The notes: generated by a model from the letters alone, not told the origin. A stretch of DNA of 64,000 nt from an uncultured Nitrososphaeraceae archaeon (GCA_963779615.1 CAVZZA010000001.1:256001-320000), one strand, 5' to 3'; shown: positions 44,238 to 54,753, counted from the first letter of the stretch. A program made the numbers and translations.

Positions 44238-45026
44238 TTATTTAATCGCCTTCACAGCAAGGCTGGTAATTTTTCTTCCCCCCCCACCATTCCCTTCCAT
44301 CTCGGTGTATGGTTTTTCATCCAGCGCCTCAACATTGGTAAACCCTGCTTCCCTTATGGCATTGACATAGTTTTCTTTTGTTAATGCGCCATCAATGCAA
44401 CTGCACCAATTATCCGCATTTACAGAGTACTCGTTCATTTCTTTAGATGTGACCAAATCCGATATCACCATTTTTCCAATCCCATTTGGCTCTAGAATCC
44501 TGTGTATCTCGAATGCATCTACCTTATTGGATGCAAGGTGGATAACGCAATTGCTTATGACTACATCTGCACTGTTATCCTCAACAAGTATTCTTTTCTC
44601 AATGTCCCCTTGCCGGAACTCTACGTTTTTGTAATTGTATTTTTTAGCGCTATTTCTTGCTTTTTCTAAAATCTTATCCGTCATGTCTATTCCAACGACC
44701 TTTCCGTTATCCTTGACAATATTGGCAGCCAAGAACACATCAATGCCGGCCCCCGAACCCAAGTCAACTACCGTATCTCCCTCTTTTATATGGGCAAATT
44801 TTGTGGGGTTACTGCATCCTACCCCCAGAATAGCGGGTTGGGGTATGGCCGCCAATTCCTCTGAATCATAACCGATTGCTTTTGAAGAATTAATTTGGGA
44901 ATCGACATTATTTTCAGGACTGCAACATTCTGAAGGCATGCAACAAGAATCTGAATTACCAAATACGGCGATTGTGCCACATCTTTCTTCGATTTTATTC
45001 TTTATGTTTTTGTCACTAGTGGTCAT
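44238..45026 (-). CDS. arsM: Arsenite S-adenosylmethyltransferase
   Basis: SCC...CC, LGVGCSNP, DLGSGAGID, ISNCVI, WCSCIDGAL. Confidence 0.88.
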   Translation of the reverse strand: MTTSDKNIKNKIEERCGTIAVFGNSDSCCMPSECCSPENNVDSQINSSKAIGYDSEELAAIPQPAILGVGCSNPTKFAHIKEGDTVVDLGSGAGIDVFLAANIVKDNGKVVGIDMTDKILEKARNSAKKYNYKNVEFRQGDIEKRILVEDNSADVVISNCVIHLASNKVDAFEIHRILEPNGIGKMVISDLVTSKEMNEYSVNADNWCSCIDGALTKENYVNAIREAGFTNVEALDEKPYTEMEGNGGGGRKITSLAVKAIK

Positions 45027-45030
45027 ACCT

Positions 45031-45049
45031 TAGTTTACATTAGAAACTA
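45031..45049. promoter_or_regulatory. Inverted repeat TAGTTT-N7-AAACTA, candidate operator
   Basis: Lies in the 55-bp divergent promoter between arsM and the HxlR regulator. Confidence 0.5.
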
Positions 45050-45081
45050 TTTAAGTTGGTAAGAGTAAAATAGTAAAGCAA

Positions 45082-45519
45082 GTGAAATCAGGTAAACAAA
45101 AGGGTTCTAAAGCAGTCAATAGAAATGATTTATCCAAGGATAGCGCATCCAAGTTACCAACTGTTCACAATGATAATAATTCTTGCGATTTCAAAGGATA
45201 CGATGTTGATGTATTGATGAAAGAAACATCATCGCTAAGAAAATTAGTAACAAAGAGAGGAACACTAGAAATTTTGTTACCATTGTGTTGTACTACCGAT
45301 TCTGTAAGATACCTAAAATTCAAAAAAACAATGAAGGGTTTCAGCAGCAAAACCCTTGCAACAAGGTTAAAAGAGCTAGAAAGAAGTGGAATTTTAAACC
45401 GACAAGCATACAACGAAATCCCACCCAGGGTAGAATATCGATTGACAGCAAAGGGACAAGAATTAACAGAATCCATAGTGGGTTTATTGCAATGGATGAT
45501 TAAATGGTCAACAAAATAA
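45082..45519 (+). CDS. HxlR-family winged-helix regulator with vicinal Cys-Cys
   Basis: SSKTLATRLKELE...EIPPRVEYRLT; LLPLCCT. Confidence 0.88.
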   Translation: MKSGKQKGSKAVNRNDLSKDSASKLPTVHNDNNSCDFKGYDVDVLMKETSSLRKLVTKRGTLEILLPLCCTTDSVRYLKFKKTMKGFSSKTLATRLKELERSGILNRQAYNEIPPRVEYRLTAKGQELTESIVGLLQWMIKWSTK

Positions 45520-46289
45520 CTATTATGTATCCTAGTTTTATTAACTTTTAATATTTGGCAGCACAATATAAAGAGATTCTATACTGTATGATTGTGGCTA
45601 AGAGAAGACTATATTTGGCTATTTAGTGCATTTGATGGCCTTGTGCTCTTTCTATGAAATAATCCCAACATTTCAGAAAGCTCATTTTCATAGGACTTAT
45701 TATTTGGACAGACTTTAAAACCTTGGAACTTAAATATTTTATTTAAGCTTTGATAGATTTACTACTGTTATTATGCTCTTTAGACTAAAATTTATTCAAC
45801 TTTTTTAACATGTTAATTTAATCTAATAAATATACATTTACAATACCTTATGATATTATTTTTGAGTAACATACTAAAGTTTGATTATAGGGTAATGATA
45901 AATCGCAGAATTAACATATCCGTTGGATAAACATAGTTGATATATTGATTTATTTCCGATTTAACAAAATTCAATGTAAACATCCTGTTTCACACAGAGA
46001 CATATGATATACAAAGCCACAGTAATTTTCTTAAAGATAGAGCATCCTTTTGTTTTTGCGTATAGGAATGAGAAAATGATTATAAAAAGGGCTGTTCAAT
46101 ATCCAAGGCAGACAGAATATTTCGGCAGCTATTTTTCAGGCATAAATAGGAACCTGGAACCAAATCATGTGTAGAATTGGTTTAATTCTTTTGTAATACA
46201 CTATAATTTTGAGCAAATTCATTAATTGAAGATTCATCTGTCAGGAAATTCTATTTAAGAGCAAAAAGACCTTCACATCAAATCACACA

Positions 46290-46751
46290 TCAATCATTTT
46301 TGAGATCATTTATTTTGCTAACAGTTTTTTCTATAGACCTTCTTACATCATCCAATAACTCTTCAAGGACTTTTTCATCAAAATCGCCTTTTTTGCGCGA
46401 GTTCAGCTCACTATTGTAATACTTCATCCAAGAATATGTACGTTGGATGCTTTGAAAAAGCTCAAATTGAAGAAGCGATTGTTTTCCTGAAAGTATTACT
46501 GCATCCCACATGTCAGTTAGAAATGGCTTGTAATCTTTGTATTGTAATGATTCATCAATAAAACAAAGTCTATGTTCTAAATCGTCCTTGATAAATCTAA
46601 TTATGTTTTTTATGGTTTTTTTGTCTTCCTTCACTTGAGACCAACGATAGGCCCAGTGTTCTATATATACAGTAAACCAAATTATTCCCGCTAATAGAAC
46701 CATTTCAACAATAAGGTAATCCCAATCAATAGCCATAGTAACATAATACAA
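46290..46751 (-). CDS. Hypothetical membrane-anchored protein
   Basis: N-terminal hydrophobic helix, 153 aa. Confidence 0.65.
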   Translation of the reverse strand: MYYVTMAIDWDYLIVEMVLLAGIIWFTVYIEHWAYRWSQVKEDKKTIKNIIRFIKDDLEHRLCFIDESLQYKDYKPFLTDMWDAVILSGKQSLLQFELFQSIQRTYSWMKYYNSELNSRKKGDFDEKVLEELLDDVRRSIEKTVSKINDLKND

Positions 46752-46841
46752 TTACAAATATTTTTCCTTTATCAAAAATAGAAAAAATAATTTAGACTAA
46801 ATATAAATCCCCATAATTAGATGATAATTTTTTAGATTCAT

Positions 46842-47059
46842 CTATATTCGAAAGGTTTTTTCCAGTAATCTAGATTTAGAACGGGTGTTATGAGGTTTTA
46901 TTCTAAGAATATGATCACAGCATGGACACCTCACACCATCCCATTCTAAGAATATATTGCATTCTATACACCTTTTGTAACCCTCAGAATAATATCCCCG
47001 GAATATTCATTTTTATAAGCCTTGTAGGATCCACAAGCATCTTTGCAGAACTTCCTCAA
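46842..47059 (-). pseudogene. Small Cys-rich Zn-binding protein with a 1-nt frameshift
   Basis: LRKFCKDACGSYK...YYSEGYKRCIECNIFLEWDGVRCPCCDHILRIKP; frame restored by adding one base at the C4 run 46996-99. Confidence 0.65.
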
Positions 47060-47114
47060 CTCTTATTATATTTCCAATATCGTCTGATACACAGCATTTA
47101 AAGGCGATTCATCA

Positions 47115-48017
47115 TTAAACAAGTTTTTTAACCTCTGGAAGATCTCTACACATATTCACAAATTGCTTTTGCTTATTCTCCAAATCTTTGTTCAATTTAT
47201 TGGCAAGTTCTACTATATATTGTTCAGAGCCAGCTTTTTTCAGCAATTTCAAGGCATTGTTAGTATTATTTATATCCTGCAAGACTTGCTGAACTTTTTC
47301 CAAATCCTTTGCAACAGTTATGGCTTTATTACTTTGCTGATTAGGAACTTTGTTATCGCTTTGTTCCTTACTATTTGATAGAATATCTAAAGTAAGCTGT
47401 AATTTTTCCAACATCTTTAGGAATCTGTTAGTTTTTCTGAGGGCATTATTATCCAATGTGTTGTCTGAAACAATTATTCTAATTTTGTTTTCTAATTTTT
47501 TTGTTAAACGATCCAACCTCAGAATGAATTTCTTTGTTCTCTTTTGTATGGAGAAGCTACTGAATTTACTATCAAATGATGTTAATTGAAGAGAATTAAA
47601 ATCGAAAATAATTTTATTTGCTTTTGATAATAAACCTTGTTTTTCAACTTTAAGATAGTTTTCAAAATTTCTTTTATGAGTTTGTTCACTATCTGTAGTT
47701 TTATTCTTCATTATTTCTTTATCGATTATATCAAATGCTTTCAATTTTCGCTCTAGTTTATAGAGAGATATAGATATTTCTTCAATCTCTTTCAAGGTCT
47801 TTTGTTTTCTGATTTTCTTTGGAAAAACTATTTGGTTGGTTCCCAAATCTTTTAGTGTAGAGCTTATATCGGAAAAATCTTTATCGTTATTATTCTTCAA
47901 ATAGTTACTGGCCTTATTCTTTAATTCTATCACATTTTTTTCATAATTGTTTACATACCTTTTAATCACATTTTCTTCCAAGGCAACTATATTGCTGGTC
48001 ATAAATTTCTCTAACAA
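47115..48017 (-). CDS. Divergent CHAD-like helical protein
   Basis: Aligns by eye to the CHAD at 58777 (NYLKNNNDKDFSDI/EYIKDPNEENIHDI; PKKIRKQ/PKQIRKK; LEKVQQVLQDI/LEKIQDMLGNV). Confidence 0.65.
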   Translation of the reverse strand: MLEKFMTSNIVALEENVIKRYVNNYEKNVIELKNKASNYLKNNNDKDFSDISSTLKDLGTNQIVFPKKIRKQKTLKEIEEISISLYKLERKLKAFDIIDKEIMKNKTTDSEQTHKRNFENYLKVEKQGLLSKANKIIFDFNSLQLTSFDSKFSSFSIQKRTKKFILRLDRLTKKLENKIRIIVSDNTLDNNALRKTNRFLKMLEKLQLTLDILSNSKEQSDNKVPNQQSNKAITVAKDLEKVQQVLQDINNTNNALKLLKKAGSEQYIVELANKLNKDLENKQKQFVNMCRDLPEVKKLV

Positions 48018-48020
48018 CGG

Positions 48021-48065
48021 TTATATTTAGGTATATAGTCTATATTCATCTATATAGTCTATATC
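48021..48065. promoter_or_regulatory. About 10-bp periodic TATAT array (candidate Pho box) in the divergent CHAD/kinase promoter
   Basis: TATAT at 48022, 48032, 48041, 48051, 48060. Confidence 0.5.
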
Positions 48066-48180
48066 GTCACACATTATATATGATGATATTAAATCAGTCT
48101 TAAGTGGAGTAGACATAATTACGACAAATATGTTACATTTTGTGTTTGTCAATTTAAAAATAGATCAATGAGGGAACATA

Positions 48181-48939
48181 ATGCAAAATAATAAAACAAA
48201 ATCTAGTAAAGACATTGGAACTCTCATAGTGGTTGAGGGGATAGATGGGTCTGGAAAGTCAACTCAAATACACCTGCTGGATAAGTGGTTGAGATCAAAA
48301 GGGTATAACGTTTTTTTTACCGAGTGGAACTCTTCCGCATCTGTTAAGGAAATTACCTCCAAGGGCAAGAAAAAGGCCATGTTGACCCCAACAACTTTTT
48401 CTCTCCTTCATGCAACGGATTTTGCTGACAGGTATGAAAGGAATATTTATCCGCTGTTGAGGGCGGGGTACATCGTGCTTGCGGACAGGTACGTCTATAC
48501 CGCGTTGGCAAGGGACATTGTTAGGGGATGCGACAAGGGATGGGTGGAAAACATCTACAAGTACGCAATTAAACCGGACATAATTTTTTATTTTCAGGTG
48601 CCTGTAGAAACTGCAGTCAACAGAATCATAACAAGCAGGCCAAAACTAAAATATTATGAGGCTGGAATGGACTTAAAGTTAAGCAAGGATGAACATGAAA
48701 GCTACAGGATATTCCAAGGGAGAATCGTTGATGAATATGAATCAATGGTAAACCCGGAGGGGTTCACAGTAATTGACGGCACCATGGACATTGAAAAACA
48801 ACAAAACTTGGTAAGAAAACGCGTATTAAAGTCCCTAGGCAACAAAAAAACACTCCTGGGTGACACACTTCAAGAAGGCAACGATATAAAAGTGGTGACA
48901 AGAAACGAAACCAAAAAAGCCAATCAGCAAAAACAATAA
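48181..48939 (+). CDS. Thymidylate-kinase-like protein A (putative PPK3 polyphosphate kinase subunit)
   Basis: VEGIDGSGKST, TEWNSS, LLHATDFADR, ADRYVYT, YYEAGMD; CHAD/pst context. Confidence 0.8.
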   Translation: MQNNKTKSSKDIGTLIVVEGIDGSGKSTQIHLLDKWLRSKGYNVFFTEWNSSASVKEITSKGKKKAMLTPTTFSLLHATDFADRYERNIYPLLRAGYIVLADRYVYTALARDIVRGCDKGWVENIYKYAIKPDIIFYFQVPVETAVNRIITSRPKLKYYEAGMDLKLSKDEHESYRIFQGRIVDEYESMVNPEGFTVIDGTMDIEKQQNLVRKRVLKSLGNKKTLLGDTLQEGNDIKVVTRNETKKANQQKQ

Positions 48940-49003
48940 AATAAAGTTCATAGATACAGGAATAAAGTATCTTCAGGACATAGAGATAAAGGGGTCTTTT
49001 GTA

Positions 49004-49645
49004 GTGATAGAGGGTCCCGATGCATCAGGAAGAAGCACACAGATTGAAAAAATAACAACAAAACTTGAGGCTGACGGGCATGCTGTTGTAAATGCAGGGT
49101 TGCGGAGATCGGATCTTGTTTCCAAAGGGATTATGGAGGCAAAAAGAAATTATTTGATAGGGAATAGGACAATGACCCTTTATTACGCGGCAGATTTTGC
49201 AGACCAGCTGGAAAAAAAAATCATTCCGGCGCTAAAGGCAGGTTTCATTGTGATTTCTGACAGATACATATACACACTGATAGCGAGAAGCTCTGTCAGG
49301 GGAATAGACAAAAACTGGCTGCACAGCTTATTTAGTTTTGCCATCAAACCGGATTTGGTTTTCCATTTGGATGTAGATCCGCATAACTTGATACACAGGG
49401 TGTTTCAGAAAAACTACTCCCTGGACTATTATGAGTCGGGGGTTGATCTTGGGATTTCCAGCGACATTTTTGACTCATTCATAAAATACCAGTATGCACT
49501 GAAAAGGGAGTTTGAAAGGATGAGGGCAAGGTATAACCTGATTAACATAGACGGCAATGAAAGCATTGAGAAGGTGTACCAGCAAATCCAATCACAGATA
49601 GACGACTTTTTAATATCGGAAAACAAGGAAACGGTAATAAGGTGA
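49004..49645 (+). CDS. Thymidylate-kinase-like protein B with altered P-loop (putative PPK3 partner); frame open from 48899
   Basis: IEGPDASGRST, YAADFADQLE, SDRYIYT, YYESGVD. Confidence 0.78.
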   Translation: MIEGPDASGRSTQIEKITTKLEADGHAVVNAGLRRSDLVSKGIMEAKRNYLIGNRTMTLYYAADFADQLEKKIIPALKAGFIVISDRYIYTLIARSSVRGIDKNWLHSLFSFAIKPDLVFHLDVDPHNLIHRVFQKNYSLDYYESGVDLGISSDIFDSFIKYQYALKREFERMRARYNLINIDGNESIEKVYQQIQSQIDDFLISENKETVIR

Positions 49646-49735
49646 AATTATAACATTCTATTTGCATTCCAAAGATCATATAATGATACAGATATTAAGG
49701 CAATTATTGAAATATCATGATAGCATTGACAATTA

Positions 49736-49894
49736 TTACTTTTGATTTCTTAGTTCCACCAAGATTTCATCGATAATTGATTTAATCTCGTTTTCATCAC
49801 CTAGTAAGCCTTTACTTTCAAAATCATTAATATTGGCATGTTTCTCAACAACCTTCAGAAACATCTTTTCAACATCATTATTCTTATGATCCAT
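49736..49894 (-). CDS. 52-aa small hypothetical protein
   Basis: MDHKNNDVEKMFLKVVEKH...EIKSIIDEILVELRNQK; clean ATG...TAA. Confidence 0.45.
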   Translation of the reverse strand: MDHKNNDVEKMFLKVVEKHANINDFESKGLLGDENEIKSIIDEILVELRNQK

Positions 49895-50555
49895 TTGATA
49901 TTATTTAGTGGTGGGGGCGTACCTATAGTTGATCTAAGTGAAGTATGTAAATGCACATAGAAGAGGTGCATCTATAATGAATCACTTGAATTATACTTGT
50001 ATATCTTGTAATAAACTATTGTTGCTTAAATATAGTAACTACAATATTAAATAACCACGTCAATTATCTCATCTTTTACTAAATCGCCAAATATCGACAT
50101 ATACAAATACCCATCACGAAATATCTCCTTTCTAAAGATAGTAAAAATAGCAATTTATTTTTAAAATTAGTTAAGTAGGCTAAAGTAAATACTGTTTCCC
50201 GATGGAAGCTTTAGTATTTGCTACAGTTTTTTCAATATTTTTATAGCTATTTCCCACTTCAATACTTTTTTCTATTATTTACTTTATTTTTTAAATAAAT
50301 ACCTAATCTTCGAAAAGATTTCCAATCTTTTATTTTTATTTTTATCTAATACTCTTTTATCTTTGCATGACAATTTTGTTCATCCAAATTATGGAAAATT
50401 AATTACAGGTTAAGATGGCTGTTCTTAACCTGTAAAGTAGAAAGTATTTTTGGTTGCGTGTTTTACGGGTGTTCCCCATCTAATGATATTAAAATTAAAC
50501 ATTTATCCTTATCATAAATGAAATATATGAAAAATATTCATCATATAGACAACAT

Positions 50556-51590
50556 TAGATCTCGCATAATTAGCATAAACAGATTTATGACCATCAGATC
50601 ATTAATTCATGTCCTTTCCTTGCTCTCATATGACAGGTTGTCCAAAAACCCATTGCTTTTCAAGTCATCCACCGGCTGACGGTAAAGGAGTTTGATGACA
50701 TTATGATATGAAGATGTTAAAAAGACAAGGCAAGCATGAGATCAGGCGATTATCCAAAAGAAATGATAGTAGAAAACGATCCATGGGTGCTGGGCGACAT
50801 TTCAAGATGGATGTTAAAAACAGGCTCCTGGTGCTTTTGGGCTACTATTGCCGCCTTTACACAACCTACCCGTTGGCCGGCTTTTTGTTTGACTTGGACC
50901 AGAGTAACGTCTGCAGGGATATTCAAAAGATTGAGTCGCGGGTAAGAAAATGCCTGCCAATTCCGCAAAAGACGCACAGATTGTCAAAAAGGATGCTCAC
51001 ACCAGAAGGGGTTGAAAAAATGTTTCCAGGCTTTCTGTCCTTCATAGACCGCACAGAACAGCAGATACCAATGCCTCACAAAAAAAGAAGAAAGGCGTAT
51101 TATTCAGGCAAGAAGAAAAGGCATACCGTAAATACACAGCTCATGGTTAACAATCAGGGTATCATCATTCACAAAACAGGCCACAAGAAAGGAAAAAGGT
51201 ATGACTACAACATATATAAAAATAATCACCCTGTGATTCTAATGCAAGTTGTCAGCGTGTTTGACCGTGGTTATCGAGGTTGAGAGAGACTTTCCTGACC
51301 AAAAGTCATCCTTGCCAAACAGAAAGATGAGAAACCAAGAGTTGACTCAAGAGGAAAATAAGTACAACCAGAACCACTCTAAAAAAAAGATGGTGATAAA
51401 GTATACCATTTGCAAGATGAAAAAGGACAGGATAATGGGCTACATCTTTAGAAACAGTCTCAAAAAGTATGACAAGATATCAGACATAGTTTCAGGACTG
51501 GTAAACTACAGAGCATTGTCATCTTTTTAGATAGGCATCAGTCTTGCCGTACTGATGGGACATACTGTTTCTGATTATGCAAAAGATCTA
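50556..51590 (+). mobile_element. IS5-family (ISL2/DDE_Tnp_4-like) element with decayed transposase
   Basis: Imperfect IRs TAGATCTCGCATAATTAG / CTGATTATGCAAAAGATCTA; GAGRHFK, FDLDQSNVCR, YSGKKKRHT, DRGY. Confidence 0.85.
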
Positions 51591-51785
51591 TGGAATCACG
51601 GGACGGCCTATCGTGTTGCTTGGTTTTTCGTCGGGCAATATGGCGATTATCCTGTCCCATAACTTGTCTCGAATTTTGGCGATGGCATGTTTATCTTTAA
51701 TCTTGTGGCAATTGCAGCAGCAAGGCGCACTTTTATCAAGGTTAACAACAAGACTATATGTCTACCTATTTTTGGGACAGTCTCT
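51591..51785 (-). mobile_element. Left end of an IS5/IS427-like element cut by the adjacent IS
   Basis: IR AGAGACTGTCCCAAAA (cf. 56281); IRDKLWDRIIAILPDEKPSNTIGRPVIP. Confidence 0.8.
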
Positions 51786-52054
51786 CAGTAGAGTAGATTA
51801 AGTAAACACATTACACACTTTATTTACGATAGAAAAAGATATCGAGTTGTTGAACGTATATTTACCATTTAGAGACATGTAGTCTATATAGATAACACTT
51901 TTTATTTGATATTTACTCTTACTATGTATGTATTGTAAAATATATGATAAAAATCAAGAATTGACTTATAATCAACATAACAATCATCGTATTAAACACA
52001 AGGCAGTAAAAAGAGAAATTAACCAAAAAAAAGTGGAGGCGCTATAATACAGTA

Positions 52055-52306
52055 ATGAATATTGTTAAAACAGAAATATCATACATACTGGAGGCAAGGA
52101 TAAGCGGATTCAATGAGAAAAAAAATATCTCATATCACTTTATCGAATCTGCACACAGTCTACGTGTAGATAAAATACAAATAACATCAGAGCAAATACA
52201 TGCGTGTGAAAGACTATTAAAGCATACAAAAGATCAGACTGATCAGGCAATTATTAAAAAGGAGATATCAGAATTAAAATTTGCCCTAGATCTATTTCAG
52301 GTTTAA
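52055..52306 (+). CDS. Hypothetical 83-aa protein
   Basis: EQIHACERLL...IIKKEISELKFALDL; CTATATAG about 170 bp upstream. Confidence 0.6.
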   Translation: MNIVKTEISYILEARISGFNEKKNISYHFIESAHSLRVDKIQITSEQIHACERLLKHTKDQTDQAIIKKEISELKFALDLFQV

Positions 52307-52654
52307 CATAGGCATTTTAATATGGAGGCAGGAGTTTTGAAGATCGTATGAATATTTTGTCAGATTTTTGGAATTGTTGGATTGTTACTAAAAAAAAATT
52401 AACGTCGGTAAAAGGATGTAATAACTCACATTAGTAAAAAAAATATAATTCATTAAAAATCTGCAAAACAATACAAGTGATAGGATTTTCACAATAATGA
52501 ATACCGGCTAAATTTTTATGCACCATAAAATCATTTTCTAGAATATGGATCACACTCCCTATAAAATTAAAAAATTATTGGTTTATTCCAAAATACAGTG
52601 ATTTCTATTCTTATCAAAAAATATTAACAAAATAAAATTCCTTGTATTATAAAT

Positions 52655-53314
52655 GGCTCTTCGTTTAAGCATCTGCAACTCTGCTACAAATATCTATGAA
52701 AAGATTTAACCAATTAATCACGTGCTTTGGTTTGCATTTCTTCTTTTTACATGGAAAGTCACCAAAGCATTCAGTTCTGTTTCTGACGAACTGCATAGTT
52801 TTTCCAATGAAACTTCTTTCATATAAAGAATGGATATGATATTCTATTTTTGGAAACTTACAGGCTTGAGGATACCATGTCCACCATCTGTTGTTGAGAG
52901 TGGATGTTTGTCATATATTTTGAATAAACTTGGGATAAGTTTTGATGTAACAAACGTGTTTCTCTCCTTTGATAATTTAAATCCTAGAATTCTTTAATTC
53001 AATGGCTCGGTAATAACCCAAAGCTAAATTAATTTAGAACCAACTTTAATAACAGTTTCATCTATTACAATTCCGAAATTAACTTTCTGTATGATGAAAT
53101 TTTCTTTGAATTGTATATTTGAATCTAATTCCATATTGAAACATGATAACATTTAATAAAATGAGATAACCTTCGGATGTTTTTTCAACGCTAATCCAGA
53201 AAAATACAAATCCAAACCACAACTGACATACTCTAAAGGCACTCTATTTTTCTTACGACTCACAAACGAGACGGAACATCTTCAGATATAGCATCTTATT
53301 AAATGACCAGAGCC
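52655..53314 (-). mobile_element. Highly decayed IS6-family element
   Basis: Ends GGCTCT / CAGAGCC; STTDGGHG.PQAC, DRTECFGDFPC remnants. Confidence 0.78.
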
Positions 53315-53400
53315 TCATATTTTTATTAAATGTATATGAACTATATAAAAACAATGGACTTTCCTTATAAGAATGATATCCTGTAAAAAAGTAGGGGATT

Positions 53401-53787
53401 ATGATCCATAATAACAGTATAAAAGTTATTATTATTGAAGATGAACCAGACCTTTTGATTCTTTATAGAGAGTTTTTACTAATGAAAGGATATTTTATAA
53501 TTTTTACTGATATCAAAGCTACAAATATTTTAAATGAATATAAAAAACATAAACCAGATATCATCATTCTTGACCATAATTTACATGGAGAAAGGAATGG
53601 TATTGAGGCATCTAAAGATGTTTTAAAAAAGTTCCCCGATGCATCAATATTGATGATTAGTGCATCGAGTTCTATCACACAAACTTTTCATAGTGAAGAG
53701 GTATTCAAAGATAAAAGAATAAAGCTATTGATTAAGCCAATAAAACTACAGATAATAGAAAATTATATAAAACTACTTTTAAAATGA
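53401..53787 (+). CDS. Stand-alone response regulator receiver protein
   Basis: IEDEP, PDIIILDHNL (phosphoacceptor D), ISA, KP. Confidence 0.9.
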   Translation: MIHNNSIKVIIIEDEPDLLILYREFLLMKGYFIIFTDIKATNILNEYKKHKPDIIILDHNLHGERNGIEASKDVLKKFPDASILMISASSSITQTFHSEEVFKDKRIKLLIKPIKLQIIENYIKLLLK

Positions 53788-53899
53788 TTATTAGCAAATT
53801 AAGTATTTAAAATACTATCCTTGTTATAAATAGATACAGCAAAAATAGCTGTTTCAAGAGGTCTCTTTTAGGTATATGTTTGTTTTCAAAAAATTAATT

Positions 53900-54142
53900 T
53901 TATATTCTCATTTTTTTTAATGTTTTCAAAATATTCTTAGATATTTTTCTTATACTTTTTAATTCTTCCAATACTTCATTTTCATAACTAGAAGGTTCAG
54001 GATATTCGCTAACTTTGTTGGATGGTATGACTTCACAATCATCAGAATCCAATTTGGAATTATTATTTCCTTTTTTAGAATTGTTTTTGTTCTCAATGGG
54101 ATTTTTTTTATTATTAGTTTTATTAGTAGACGTACTTAACAT
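53900..54142 (-). CDS. Hypothetical protein
   Basis: 80-aa ATG ORF with low-complexity N-terminus. Confidence 0.45.
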   Translation of the reverse strand: MLSTSTNKTNNKKNPIENKNNSKKGNNNSKLDSDDCEVIPSNKVSEYPEPSSYENEVLEELKSIRKISKNILKTLKKMRI

Positions 54143-54212
54143 ATTAGCAATCTTTTTTAAAAATGTTTTATTATATATTAAAAATTAACCATTTTACTAT
54201 ATTACGAATATT

Positions 54213-54753
54213 ACTTTGTTGCATAACTCAAACTATTTACTGGGAATAGAATTATCCCTTATTTGCCACTGACCGGTTTTCTTATAATCGGTCCTCGGTA
54301 ATAAGGTGAGAGATTCTCTGCTTATGATCTTCTGGATTTATGACAGGATATCAAGATTGAAGATATAAAAAGAAGGAAGGCAGAAAGTTCAGGTATCCTG
54401 ATTCCTTTATTCATGCTATTGGTTACATCATAGTTTATTTTCATTTACCATACATATAAACAGAGGGAGCCATAAAAGCAACAACTGCAAAGAACCCGTC
54501 AAGCCATACTCTAGTTATTCACAGATTAATAGAAGGACAAACAAACTCGACATTGATGGTAGTAGGGGCAGCAATGAATTAGATGATGATGATGATCTCG
54601 TCATGGCAGTTAACAGTACCGATACCATGGTAACTAATATGGGTTAGTGGATGTTTAGCGGATGTCTGAAAAATGAGGTACACAAAACAACAAAAAGAGA
54701 AATTCAAAATGTTTTACTGTTTATTAGTAAACTATCAGTACTTATGCAAAACT
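54213..54753 (+). mobile_element. Internally deleted IS5-family (IS903-like) remnant
   Basis: ACTTTGTTGCATAAC end; KEGRKFRYPDSFI...FHLPY..TEG remnants; TTATGCAAAAC at right. Confidence 0.65.

Noticed and set aside
48181-49645. Housekeeping thymidylate kinases (tmk)
   Set aside because: Tandem duplication, altered P-loop in B and polyP gene context argue against it; symbol withheld
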